Source: Felis catus
Lineage: Eukaryota
Length of the DNA stretch: 64,000 nt
NCBI RefSeq assembly: GCF_018350175.1
Contig: NC_058368.1
Location: forward strand, 32,056,001 to 32,120,000
Direction of reading: 5' to 3'
In this document: one piece after another, positions 13,653 through 25,990 of the stretch
How the letters are laid out: each line of letters starts with the position of its first letter
Numbering within the stretch: the stretch's first letter is position 1
Notes under the pieces: generated by a model
What the model saw: the letters and a program-made list of their open reading frames with translations, nothing else
What the model was told of the DNA's origin: nothing
The model's database searches: none
Position numbers and translations under genes: made by a program

Positions 13653-13755
13653 ATATGGAATACTTCATAAATTCACTTGTTATTCTTTCACAAAGGCCAA
13701 GCTAAGCTTCTCTCTGTTGTTCTCATTTCTGTGTATGTGCTGCCGAAGCAAGTTC
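13653..13755 (-). pseudogene. U6 snRNA retropseudogene (near full length)
   Basis: Ungapped hand alignment to the reverse complement of recalled U6: about 77 of 103 positions identical, including a 16-nt exact block tatgtgctgccgaagc; several CpG-type decay changes. Confidence 0.93.
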
Positions 13756-14310
13756 TTGAGTCATTTTTCTCCAAGTAGTTTCTATGTTAGAGCTTCAGGA
13801 AGCCCACCAAATAGAATGATTGCATCCTTTTGGAAATTAGTAGTAAGAAGAATTTAGTTGTTGAGCCACCTGTGGCTTGGCCTTGCTTCATGCTGAATTC
13901 TGAATTGCCAAAATTCTTCACTCATTTTTATATTTCTAGGATTACATAGCACAAACCTAAGATTTGAAAGTGATGCAAAGCACAAACTTAGAATTATACT
14001 TCCTCAGTCAACTGGGGTTTGGTGCTTTGATTGATGTCGTCATTGTCATGCATGTGAGTTTATGTCTTCATCGTTTTTTTCACTAAGAATAATGAAGAAA
14101 TAGAATATGCTGACTTTAGAGAGTTTTTTTTGTTTTGTTTTGTTTTGTTTTTTGATTTTTTTTTTTTTTTACTTCAACTAGTATATGAAGTAGTACTGGT
14201 AAAGTAGGAATTTGAGAATGTCTACAAGGAAGTTTCAAAAATAAAGACATTTCTGTCTCAAAACTAAAAACCAGATATAATGGTAATAACAATACAGATA
14301 CAAACATATA

Positions 14311-14523
14311 GGGGCACCTGTGTGGCTCAGTTGGTTGTGCATCCGACTTCAGCTCTGGTCAAGATCTCACGGTTCATGGATTCCAGGCACATGTCAGGAT
14401 TTGTGCTGACAATTCAGAGCCTGGAGCCTGCTTCTGATTCTGTGTCTCCCTCTCTCTCTGCCCTTCACCTGCTTGTGCTCTGTCTCTGTCTCTCAAAAAT
14501 ATATAAACACTTAAAAGAAAAAC
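14311..14523 (+). mobile_element. Can-SINE
   Basis: Full body; TSD atacaaacatata. Confidence 0.95.
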
Positions 14524-15252
14524 CAAATACAAACATATAAAGAGAAAATGGCTATTAAATTCAGTCTATATATTTCTAATAAAAATGCCTTAGCCAGCCA
14601 CCCCATGGATGATTCTTTGACTCTTTTATGAAGTAGCTCCATATCAAATAAGAAAAATAAGTTTTAAATACATAGACTAGATTATATGAAATGACTTAAA
14701 GTATAACTGTATTGATAGAAAAATATTTCTAAGTAAATTAACCTGTAGATAACTGTAAGTACACTTTTATAACTTCTAAGCAAAATACATCACAACAATC
14801 TTACTTAAAAATTCCTCTGAAAAATATCCTTGCTTATTCTGGTTGTATTTATGTTAACCCAACACTACAAATTTTCTGAATATAAAATGTTGATATAAAT
14901 TAATTAGGTATATTTTGTTATTTGAACCACAGAGAAAGATAGCTGCAGCACTGGACTATAAAAGGACTTACTTTATTTAATGACTTTTCCCCTTTTATCC
15001 ACATAAACCATTCCATTCTCTTTCATTACTTTAGGCAGTTATGATTGAATTTTATATATTTTTATTTATATATATTCCAAAATAAGTCATTGCTTGAATA
15101 TTTATGTATGTATCATTTTCCTTCCTTTTTCACTCAGCTTAGTTCCTTAAAGTTGACATACATTAATATGTGTATATGGATGTATGTAATATAATTTATC
15201 TATCCATTTCTCAAGGGATAAGTACCTAAACTGCTTTTAAATCTTGGAAAAT

Positions 15253-15330
15253 GTATACACACACATATGCACACAAGTATACACACACATATGCACACAA
15301 GTGTGCATATATATGTGCATATATATACAT
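15253..15330. repeat. 24-bp tandem duplication within a purine-pyrimidine alternating tract
   Basis: gtatacacacacatatgcacacaa twice, followed by (TA/TG)-rich sequence. Confidence 0.85.
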
Positions 15331-15369
15331 ACATGATAAACATCAATATATATCAAACATATAGGTAAA

Positions 15370-15735
15370 AATCAAAAAAGGTTGTTAAAAATAAACTTGA
15401 GGGAATTTATATAAAAGCTGAAAAGATAAAAATGAAAAATGTAAGAGACAAGATCCAAAGATCCAAAAGCTGAATTAATAGGGGACTCTAGAAGAGCAAA
15501 CAGAAAATATTGGGAGGAAAAAATGTTAAAGAAATAATAGAAAATATATTCAGATACATAGAACATATATTTCAATTTGAAGGTTATTTTGAATGACCAA
15601 AATGAAAAAGAAAGCAAAACCTGAGAGTTCTCATGAAATCTTAAACATTAAGAATAAAGAGATCCTAAAGTTTCATTGTATATTATAAAAACAAAGTCAT
15701 TGACAAAAGAGAAGATAAAGATTTAAATCAGACTT
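15370..15735 (+). mobile_element. Old L1ME/HAL1-like ORF1-region fragment, resuming at ~16215-16265
   Basis: A-rich L1 ORF1-like sequence ending atcagacttt and resuming agcaacactggatggtggtagaaaatgg after the LTR. Confidence 0.55.
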
Positions 15736-15736
15736 T

Positions 15737-16214
15737 GTGTTGAGAAAGGCAATCTCCTTGTGCAAAGCTGGTACGTAGACTGGGCCTGGGGCTTGGAACA
15801 CTTTCTTACCAGGAGAGAAAGAACTCACACAGCTGTTACTACCCAGTGTGGAAATATCTTTTCCTGTTTCAGACTAAAGGAATCCCTCTTTGTCTTTGCT
15901 TGAAACATGTGACATGTGGCACCTGGCCAATCCCACTATTACATTTGTCACCAGGGAGGAGGGCACAGTATCTTTCAGGGTAGGCACCTGTCCTGCATTG
16001 GCCTCCAAGAGAGACCTGCTGACCTTGGAGGACCAGTGCCCACTATTGAAGTTGATCTTGTTCTGTCTCTTCTCCACATGAGTAAACATTGTTCTGTCCA
16101 CTGCTTGACTGTATTTTGTTCTTCTTGCTGACTCTGATAAAGAGATGTAGTGGGCAAAAGTAATTAGAGTCCTCCCCTAGGACTGGAAATCAGTGAATAG
16201 TAATATACTCACCA
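15737..16214 (+). mobile_element. Solo LTR, probably ERVL class (MER54/MER74-like)
   Basis: GC-richer ~480-bp block starting tgttgagaaaggcaatc, agtaaa polyA-like signal near 16081, interrupts an L1 fragment. Confidence 0.6.
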
Positions 16215-16599
16215 ATTTCCAGTAGCAACACTGGATGGTGGTAGAAAATGGAACCGTTTTTTCAAGGTTCACATTTTTATTTTGTTATTATCTTAGGAGA
16301 AAAATAAATATTAGTGGCCTAATATTGTAAAATTATTAGTGTGTCATAAAAATTTAATATTAGAGAAGGAAATGTAGAAGAATGTAGGAGGACATATATT
16401 TATCTTAAAATTTTGAGTTACAAAATATGTTGAATATTTATTGCTAAAAAATATATGCTTGAATATAATATTTAAATACATAATTGCACTTACCAAAAGT
16501 GCAATTAAAAGCACTAATAATTCATTTTTTAAACAGTTTTGAGAGAATTGTGTAAATAATCTAAATCTGCAATATTCATATGATAGCCACTGGATATTG

Positions 16600-17210
16600 T
16601 CTGAAGTTGTTAGATTCTGCACCTAGTTCAGATTCTGCACTCAATTCCAATGCATGAGTGTCTGGCTTCCATTACCTTGCTAGAGCTGCTCACAGAACTC
16701 AGAGAAACATTTTCTATGCTAGATTACCAGTTTACTATAAAAGGATAAAACTGAATAGTCAGATGGAAGAGATGCATAGGGCAAGGTTTGGGTGGGGGGG
16801 AAGGGCTAGGAATTTCCGTGCCCTCTCAGAGTACACTGCTCTCTTCAAATCTCCATGTGGCCACCAATCTTTAAGTTCTCTAAACCCCATCCTTTTTGTT
16901 TTTTATGCTTCCTTATTTAGGCAGGATTGATTAAATCACTGACTGTTGGTGACTGATTCAACTTTCAGCCCCCCTCCCCTCCCAGATGATCGGGAGGTGG
17001 AACTAAAGTTCCAACCTTCTATCACCTGGTTGAGTCCCAGAAAACCAGCCCCATTCTTAGGTGGCATCTAAAAGTCTCCTCATTAACATAGCAAATAACA
17101 TTTTTGATGCTGCCATCACTGAGGAAAATTCCAAGGATGTTAGGAGCTCTGTGCCAGAAATGGGGAGGAAGACCAAATACATATTTTGTTTTATAAATCA
17201 CAATATTACA
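16600..17210 (-). mobile_element. MER21-like LTR
   Basis: Minus strand begins tgtaatattgtgatttataa; contains ctcacagaactcagagaaaca and agatggaagagatgcatagggcaagg motifs recalled for MER21. Confidence 0.75.
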
Positions 17211-18490
17211 GTCATTAAATCAAGAAATAGGTATAATGATTTTACACTATTTTATACAGTTATTGAGATAAGCACCAGAATAAATAGAACTGAAAAGAGC
17301 TCAAAGAAGTCAATTCTAAAGAGTCAGACTGTAACTGGGGGAAAAAAAAAAAGCCCTGATATTGGCTTTTCATTATAATCTTTCTTGTCATTTTTATTTC
17401 TTATCATAAACCTATTGTACTTGGAGAAAACTATTATTAAAACTAAAGCAGAAAAAAAATATCTTATTGACATGAACTCTAAGCAAATTCTCTAAAGCAA
17501 GTTACATCTCACAGGAAAGGTGTTAGGTATGCATTTATCTGCAGTCATGAAAACTACCAAATTTCCTTGAACCTCAGTTTTTAAATTCTATTGTATTTCT
17601 TAAATTTTGTTTATCCAAGTGTTATAACAATATATCCTGGGGTCATGGCTACAGTGGCATTACTTCAATTACATGACTCATCATTGTACATAAGAACCCA
17701 GTCATTGAATGTCTGTTTTTAGTTTGTATGATGTTTAAGCATTTTTGTTTTCTTGATGACTTTCTTAAGTGTATATCTGGTGAGAAGCTCAAAGATCTTA
17801 AAAATGAAAATTCTATTTTGAAAAAATGGTGAAAATATTTTTTCATTACAAGCCTTCCTACTCATTTATATCCTTTTAAAAGTACCAGTTATAGTAGAAT
17901 ATCCTCAGTTATAGATGTGAAACTATTCTTAATAGGTTTGTTTAATCATGTATTACTTTGTATCATGAAAGTTTATTGATTTTCACATTATACATAATAT
18001 GTCTTTCTGAATGAGATTCATTTATGTTTAGAAGTGGGATATTCATAGTAAAACAATACAACACGTTATATTCAACTGCTTTTTTGATAAATTTGTCCCA
18101 AACAATTAAATCTTGAACTGCAGCATGTCAAAATGCTTATTAGTCATGTATTACTTTATCCTTTTTCTTTTGTTCTGCTTTCTTTATAATTTACCTTAGG
18201 GTTGTTGCTTCTCAAACTCCTTCATTCATCCTGTCCCAAGATCATGTGAATTCATTCATTTATATTTCTAATCAGGGCCACTGTTTTTCAGTCTTATCCT
18301 CACCCCCAGGAAAACACTTATCCTTAAAATTAATCATATCTATCAAATCATTATCAAGTGACCAGCTATTATACCCCGGACCCCCAACTTTGGAACATTT
18401 TTATACAGTTCAGATGGTCTTTCTAACATCCTGGGCAATGTTAAATTCATTTTTAATGAAATACAATATTCCTTTTCGTTTGTTCTTTAT

Positions 18491-18706
18491 TTTTTTTTTT
18501 TTTTAACATTTATTTATTTTTGAGACAGAGAGAGACAGAGCATGAATGGGGGAGGGGCAGAGAGAGAGGGAGACACAGAATTGGAAGCAGGCTCCAGGCT
18601 CTGAGCCATCAGCCCAGAGCCCGACGCGGGGCTCGAACTCACAGACCGCGAGATCGTGACCTGGCTGAAGTCGGACGCTTAACCGACTGCGCCACCAGGC
18701 GCCCCC
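18491..18706 (-). mobile_element. Young Can-SINE
   Basis: CpGs intact; perfect TSD tcgtttgttctttatttt. Confidence 0.97.
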
Positions 18707-18899
18707 TCGTTTGTTCTTTATTTTAAAACAACTTTCATTCCAAAGATCTGTAGATCTCCTCTCCTCTCCACGTCAGCAATATTGTTAGCAATGCACTGCG
18801 GGATCTTAACCTGCCCCATTTGTGAAATTCCATGTGTGGAATTTTACTATCTGACCAAACCCTTAAACCCTGGGGCATTCTTCTACTTCCCAATATACT

Positions 18900-19060
18900 G
18901 GAAAGTGAATGGGCTTTAAGTTTTACTTTTACTGACCATGTCGTTTTGGAATAATAATCTCTGAGCCACATTTTCTCTCAAATAAAATGAAAAAAAAAAT
19001 GCTACTTATCCCACAGGTTTATTTCAAATATATGTTTAAGTATATTGTTGACGATAGTAT
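18900..19060 (+). mobile_element. MIR fragment
   Basis: aatctctgagccacattttctctcaaataaaatg...ctacttatcccacaggttt resembles the MIR core. Confidence 0.55.
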
Positions 19061-19921
19061 ATCCATTTTTATTACTGCAGAAAGCAGTTAATTATATATT
19101 TTTCTGTACTTTGAGAAGAGTCAACAAGGTAAAAATCATTTTTAGTTTTACACATTTTTGATGTAACTATATATAAACTCACATATATGTCCTTAATTAT
19201 CATCTCAGGGAAAGATGGAAATTCCCTTACTTAATGGCTATCTTATTAAGTTGAGGTGTTTTTTTTTTTTTTTTTTTCGTTTTGCCTTTAAGGGATTAGT
19301 TGCAAGATAATCATCTCTTTCTCTTGCATTTTTATTCCTTCACCAGATTGTGAAATAATAATAGGATTAATAACCAATTAGAACCAAGGAGAATGTGACT
19401 GGAAAATGTCTAATCCTGTGGCCTCAGAGAACACATGAGATTGATAATTACCACTGGCATTTATGACCCTACAAAAATAATCATGTTTTGACATTTCCTA
19501 TATGATTTTTACAAAGAAAAATAAATTGGCAACACAAAACATAGCCAGCAATTATTCCTGGGGCTAATTCTATAATTGTAGGAATTTTTGTTGATAGGAA
19601 GATATGATCATACATTCAATAATTGTAGGGTTTGCCACAAAAATGAGATAACTTTATGTGCCATTTTGTCGTAATTATCACAAGAGACCACAGAATGTAG
19701 TTCAGTGGCTTTATATTTAGGGAGGAATTCAAGCACCTTCATTAAAAGATGCCTACAAGCTATCTTTAGATCATCAATATATGAAATTGGGGACTTTAGT
19801 AACAGATTTCTATTGTTTGTGTCTTTAGAGTTTTCTTAAAGCTTTTAATAATGTAATTAATGTCAATATTAGTCTATAGATTAATATACTTTTTCTTTTG
19901 CTAAATATTAGCTATTATTAC

Positions 19922-20108
19922 TTTTTAAGTTTGTTTATTTTGAGAGAGAGCGTGCACATATGAACTGGGAAGGGGCAGAGACAGAGGGAGAGAGTGTATA
20001 TTAAACAACACTGGCAGCACAGACCTAACTCAGGGCTTGATCTCACAAACCATGACCTGAGCCGAAATCAAGACTTGGAGGTTTAACTGACTGAGCCATT
20101 CAGACGCC
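19922..20108 (-). mobile_element. Older Can-SINE
   Basis: catgacctgagccgaaatcaagacttggaggtttaactgactgagcca. Confidence 0.9.
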
Positions 20109-20430
20109 TTTGTTAACTATTATTTTTATTCCATTAAAAAATGAGCTCATTCTGTAGGACTGTTGGATTTTGCAATACAGCTTTAAACAAAGCAACAGAT
20201 GATTTCTGGTTCTTTAGCTAGAAATTTGTCTCTAAATATGTCCTCCATTTCTACAACACACAATTTTCCAATATGTTCTTCAGCTACAAAAGCTGAATAT
20301 AGCAAGACAACAGATTTTCATTTTATATTGTCACATTTGATTACTTCTGTTTCAAGTCTTGTCTGAAACTCTGACATACATTTCAATAATTACTGTTGTT
20401 CCTATTTAAAAGTAAGCAGACTTCAAAAGG

Positions 20431-20485
<55 letters not shown>
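20431..20485. repeat. (TTTC)n microsatellite
   Basis: Perfect tetranucleotide run. Confidence 0.95.
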
Positions 20486-20825
20486 CCTAGTACTTTCTTA
20501 GGTGGGGTTTGTGTACCACCAATGCAGCACATTGTTTAATTGGCAAAAAACAGCAAACACTACTTGGGATAGGTAGAACAGGGCTTGCTAAAAGAGCCTA
20601 GTGAAAAAGTTTATCCAATATTTACATAGACATCTAAAGTGATTAGAATCCTTGCCTTGCATTAATAGTACTGACAAACCAAGGCCAAATCAGAAATAAT
20701 CCAATTGATATTGGGAAAACATAAAGATGGTTGCTATAACTACAAATATGTGTAAAATATAATTTTTGGTTTTATTAATCTTTATAAGCCTTAATTACAA
20801 TTATTCTTAATAATTACTTATGATT

Positions 20826-21027
20826 GGGGTACCTGGGTGGCTCAGTTGGTTAAATGTCCAACTTCGGCTCGGGTCATGATCTCACAGTTGGTGGGTTCAA
20901 GCCCCGCGTCCAGCTCTGTGCTGACAGCTCAGAGCCTGGAGCCTGCTTCAGATTCTGTGTCTCCCTCTCTGCCCCTCCCCCACTAGCACTTTCTCCCTCT
21001 CTCTCTCAAAAATAAACATAAAAAAAA
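20826..21027 (+). mobile_element. Can-SINE
   Basis: Full body; TSD aatt(a/g)cttatgat. Confidence 0.95.
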
Positions 21028-22923
21028 GAATTGCTTATGATCATCATGTTTCATATCATTTAAAATTATTGAAACTTTGCTATATATATGAATATCACAT
21101 GAGGCTCCTTATAAGCATTATTATTTTAATTTCTTTGAAATTAAGCATAATTGTTACAATGGCATTCATGTATTTAATTAGCAGCTGGGTAATGATTGAT
21201 TCTGTTATATCATTGGTAGATTAAGTTTTACTTTATGCATTTCTGAGGAAAATAATGAGTAAAGATCAACTAACCATTGATAGAATAAAACTTTATCTAT
21301 GTCATATGAAATCTAGCCTACCTGCCACTCTCCAGACTGAATGAGTTGGTCAGTGGGTGAGTGAAACAGTAAGCAAAGCAGATTCACAATGTAGTAAAAA
21401 TATCTTTCTTCCCAGAACGCAAGAATCTGCACCTAGGACCTTCACAGCAACCCACACTTGAAAGCTATATTTGCCCTACTCAAATAGAAGCAAGGAAAAA
21501 ATAAAGTCATGTTGATGTATATCACTTTCTGTATAACTGATGCAGTATCTTCAATTCAACTGCATTTTGTTCTTCTAGTTTTTAATGTAGACAAATACAG
21601 TTGGAGAATTTTTACTACTTCAAAATCAGTAGAGATGCTTATTATGTTGGTTTCTAAATTTACTATTGATTAATAAATATACTGTCATTCATCATATCAC
21701 ATTGTTTGCATTCCAGTTCATTAGCGTAAGTGTGTTAGTATTATCATCAAAATTATTAACCTATAAACACTAAGATGGGAGAAAGTCATTATCTTTACTG
21801 CTTTAAGAAATTCTGGAAGTTTTAATAATCTCTCTTCAATATGTTGCTCTAGAGAAAATTTGAAAAGTTATTTCGTTATGTAATACACACACAATATTTG
21901 CTTAATTTATAGTCATTTTAAATAAAGACTGTTTAGGTTCTCAGTCTTCAGTGTCAGTGTCAGGCTATGAAATCCAGAATGTTACCTTGGCTCAGTGTCC
22001 ATGGAGACAAATCCCAGATTCTACAATAGCAACAGGATTTATATGGCACTATTCCTACGATGTATCACTTTGGGCTTAATAATATTCTGTAATGTGACAG
22101 AAAAAAGCTAAAGTACCAGACTACTCAAATCCATGTTTAAAAGAATAGAATTCAATTTATTCTGAAAGTATAACAGTAACTCATTTCCAAATGACATAAA
22201 GAAAGCAGCGGGCATCAGATAAGTTTATTGCTATTTGTGTGAACTGTCAGGAAAAAAGAGAATTATCCAGTTGAGCATACTGAGAGACTTATTATCACAT
22301 ACAAATCATGCAGCTCAATACAGAAAAGTGGTCAGCATCATATGTCAAGAAGAAAAAATTGGAAGGAATCAAGTTGCTTGCCTTCCATCCAGACTTCTTG
22401 AGTTTGAGGGATTTTGCTTTATTATTAATCATTCTTCATTCTTAATACTCACATGAATGCACACATATATATACACAATCACCAATACAGTCAAATTAAT
22501 TATGGTAAAGCAAAATTGTCATACTTCAATATCCCGGATCATAATCTTTTGAAGATCTCCTTTATTAGGTTAAAACAACAACAACAACAAAACTATGTCA
22601 TTAAAAGCCTTTGAAGTTTGGACTCACTTTTATTTTATCTTTAAAATCAATAATCATTCAATGTGTATGGATTAGTGCATTTCTTGAAAGTCTATGTAAA
22701 GATAAGCCTAGAGTTGTAATACAGTTAACATTGATTGGGTACCAACCATGTGCTGGGCTAAGCATTTTAACATATGATATCTCACTACATAACAATCTTA
22801 TAGAATCAACCATTGAAATCCTGTAAGAAAGGAAAGGAAACTAGTCCTTGAATTTTGTAATTTATATGTTTTTCCAGTTTACATTTTCTGTTGATATTTT
22901 ATGTCCCTTTGCCTTTTGCTTTC

Positions 22924-23141
22924 TTTTTTTTTTTTTTTCAACGTTTATTTATTTTTGGGACAGAGAGAGACAGAGCATGAACAGGGGAGGGGCAGAGAGA
23001 GAGGGAGACACAGAATCTGAAACAGGCTCCAGGCTCTGAGCCATCAGCCCAGAGCCTGACGCGGGGCTCGAACTCACGGACCGTGAGATCGTGACCTGGC
23101 TGAAGTCGGACGCTTAACCGACTGCGCCACCCAGGCGCCCC
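22924..23141 (-). mobile_element. Young Can-SINE
   Basis: CpGs intact; perfect TSD tgccttttgctttct. Confidence 0.97.
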
Positions 23142-23562
23142 TGCCTTTTGCTTTCTATCACAATTAAATTGAAGATAATTTCATTATTCTTGAGAAATTC
23201 AAACAAATTTATTTTTATAAAATTGGAAGCAAATGCACTTTAAATCAGAAGGATGTTCTACTTTTGAAAGGCAAACATTTTCTGCAAGACAGTTTCTATT
23301 TTATCAAAATTAAGAGTGTTGCATTATATTTGATACTTTGTGATTGATGAACTTGTGGATTACCCTTTATTTTATATAATCTACTTGACTCAGTTTACTT
23401 TCTAATTAGCAGAAAAATGTGTCTTCTCTATCTGAGGCAAAATTTGTGTCTTTTCTCCATTCCCAGGTTAAACAAAATTTCAGTTTCAATGAGTAACTAA
23501 CCTTTTGAAATACTAATTTTTGTGTAGATATAAGCACTCTATTAGTGATCTTAAGTAATTTC

Positions 23563-23779
23563 TTTTTTTTTTTTTTCAACATTTATTTATTTTTGGGACA
23601 GAGAGAGACAGAGCATGAACGGGGGAGGGGCAGAGAGAGAGGGAGACACAGAATCGGAAACAGGCTCCAAGCTCTGAGCCATCAGCCCAGAGCCTGACGC
23701 GGGGCTCGAACTCACGGACCGCGAGATCGTGACCTGGCTGAAGTCGGACGCTTAACCGACTGCGCCACCCAGGCGCCCC
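23563..23779 (-). mobile_element. Young Can-SINE
   Basis: CpGs intact; perfect TSD atcttaagtaatttctt. Confidence 0.97.
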
Positions 23780-23814
23780 ATCTTAAGTAATTTCTTAAAA
23801 AGAAATAAGAAAAT

Positions 23815-24757
23815 GCACAAATGGCAAATAACTATATAAAAAGATTCTCCATGTTATATGTCATTAGACAATGCAAATGAAAACCATAAGATTCTACTAC
23901 ACAGCTGTTAGAATAGCTGAAATCTAGAACATGAAGAGCATCAAATCCTGGTGAATCCATGGAGCAGCAGGAACATGGGTGATGGGAACGCCCAATGGTA
24001 CAGCCCCATTGGAAACCAGTTTGATGATTTCTTATAAAATGCACACTCTCTACCTCTATAATCCAGCAATTATGTTCTTTATTATTTACCCAAAAGAGCT
24101 GAAAGCTTAGGTCCACACAAAAATCTGCACACAGATATTCAAAGTAGCTTTATTCATAATTGCTGAAACTTGGAGACAACCAAGGTGATCTTCAATAATG
24201 GATAAATAAACTGTGGTACATCCAGACAATGGAATGTTATTTAGAACTCAGAGAAAAAGGAAAAAAAAAAGTTATCAAACCATGAAAAGACATGGAGGAA
24301 ACTTAAATGCTTATTACTAAGTGGAAGAACCCAATCTGAGAAGGCTATATACTGCTACGATTCCAACTATATAACCTTCTGGAAAAGGGAAAACTCTGGA
24401 GAATATAAAAAGATCAGTGGTTTCAATGTGGAGAGGTGAATAGGCAGAGCACAGAAGATTTTAAATACAGTGAAAATATTTTGTATTGTTATAATGATGA
24501 TTTCTCCAAATTTATAGAATGCACAATAACAAGAAGGAACCCTAATTAAACTATGGATTTGGGGTGATTATGATATATGCATATCATAAATTCATTCTTG
24601 GTATAAATAAAAGTACTATTTTGGTAAAGAATGTTGATAATTGGGTTGGCTGTAAATGTGTGAGGGCAGTGGGTATATGGGAAATTTCTGTACCTTCTTC
24701 TCAATTTTACTGTAAATATAGAAGTGCTCTAAAAACAAAGTCTGAAATTTTATAAAA
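23815..24757 (+). mobile_element. 5'-truncated old L1 (L1MC-like), ORF2 end plus 3' UTR
   Basis: aatggataaataaactgtggtacatccagacaatggaa, catggaggaaacttaaatgc and gtatatgggaaatttctgtaccttc motifs. Confidence 0.85.
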
Positions 24758-25179
24758 GAAAATACTTTTTGTATGAAAACAAAAAATTCTTACCTTACCA
24801 GCTAGTATTAATTAACAACTTGAATGCTCACTTTTTCTTTAAGATCTAAGGTCTATGAATTTATTGTATAAAACGGAATATTATTGGGCATAAAATTGCC
24901 ATTCACCTCATTTAGAATGAGTTCTGAAGTGGATGCACTAGAGGTCAAATTGTTCTGAAAAAGTAAGGTAAAAAGAAAAAAAAAACATGGAGACAGCATC
25001 TTGTGTTTTTGTACTTTGAGTTCTCAGGTGAGTCATACCTAAGTTGTTACTTATCACTCATTAGTTTAATAGACATATTACAGTAAATGGGAGCCTATGG
25101 AGAATGGAGGAATTAAAGAGATTTTATATTCAAAAGCCAAGAGTGAGAAACAGTTTGCATTTATTAAACATTAATCTCA

Positions 25180-25990
25180 TTAGCTAGTTAGAATGGCTAA
25201 TATCAAAAAGAAAAGAAATAGCTTGTGTTGGCGAGGATGTGAAGAAAAAGGAACCTCCTTTATTGTTGGTGGGAATGTAAATTGATGCAGCCACTGTGGA
25301 AAACAGTAGCGGGATTCCTTAAAGAATTAAAAATAGAAACACCATATGATCCAGTAATTCCACTACTGGGTATTTACCCCAAGAAAACAAAAACACTAAC
25401 TGGAAAAGGTATATGTATCCTATGTTTACAGCAGTATTATTTTCAGTAGCCAAGATATAGAAGCAATCCCCAACTGTCCATCTATTGTTGAATGGATAAA
25501 GAAGATGATACATGTATTGATGGAAAATTATTCAACCATAAAAAAAATGAAATCTTGCCTTTTACAACAACATAGTTGGACAAAGAGGGTATTATCCTAA
25601 GTGAAATAAGTCAGACAGAGAAAGACAAGTATCATATGATTTCACTCATATGTGGAATCTATAAAGCAAAACAAATAACAAACAAACCCACAGACTCTTA
25701 AATAGAGAAAACAAATTGGTGGTTGCCAGACGAGAGGTGGGTGGGGGGATGGGTGAAATAGATAAAGATGATTAAGAGGTAAAAACTTCCAGTTATGAAA
25801 TGAATAAGTCATGGAGATAAAGAGTACAGCATAGGGAATATAGTCAGTAATATTCAAATCATGTTGTATGGTGACAGATGGTGACTAGACTTACCATATT
25901 GAGTATTGAGTAATGTATAGAATTGTCAAATCAATATGTTGTATACCTGAAACTAAAACAAAAAGTATGTTAATTATACTTAATAAAATT
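25180..25990 (+). mobile_element. 5'-truncated L1 (L1MA9/carnivore-like), ORF2 end plus 3' UTR
   Basis: agttagaatggctaatatcaaaaag...ccatatgatccagtaattccactactgggtatttaccc...atgttgtatacctgaaacta, ending aataaaa. Confidence 0.9.

Noticed and set aside
13653..13755. Functional U6 snRNA gene
   Set aside because: About 25% diverged, changes around the ACAGAGA box, no recognisable PSE/TATA or oligo-T terminator, and fused to L1.
21986..22020. Possible 35-nt minus-strand micro-exon (IWDLSPWTLSQ)
   Set aside because: Weak acceptor, too short to assign, no supporting exons.
22235..22456. 73-aa ORF in non-repeat DNA
   Set aside because: Non-ATG start, no convincing splice boundaries, no recognisable domain.
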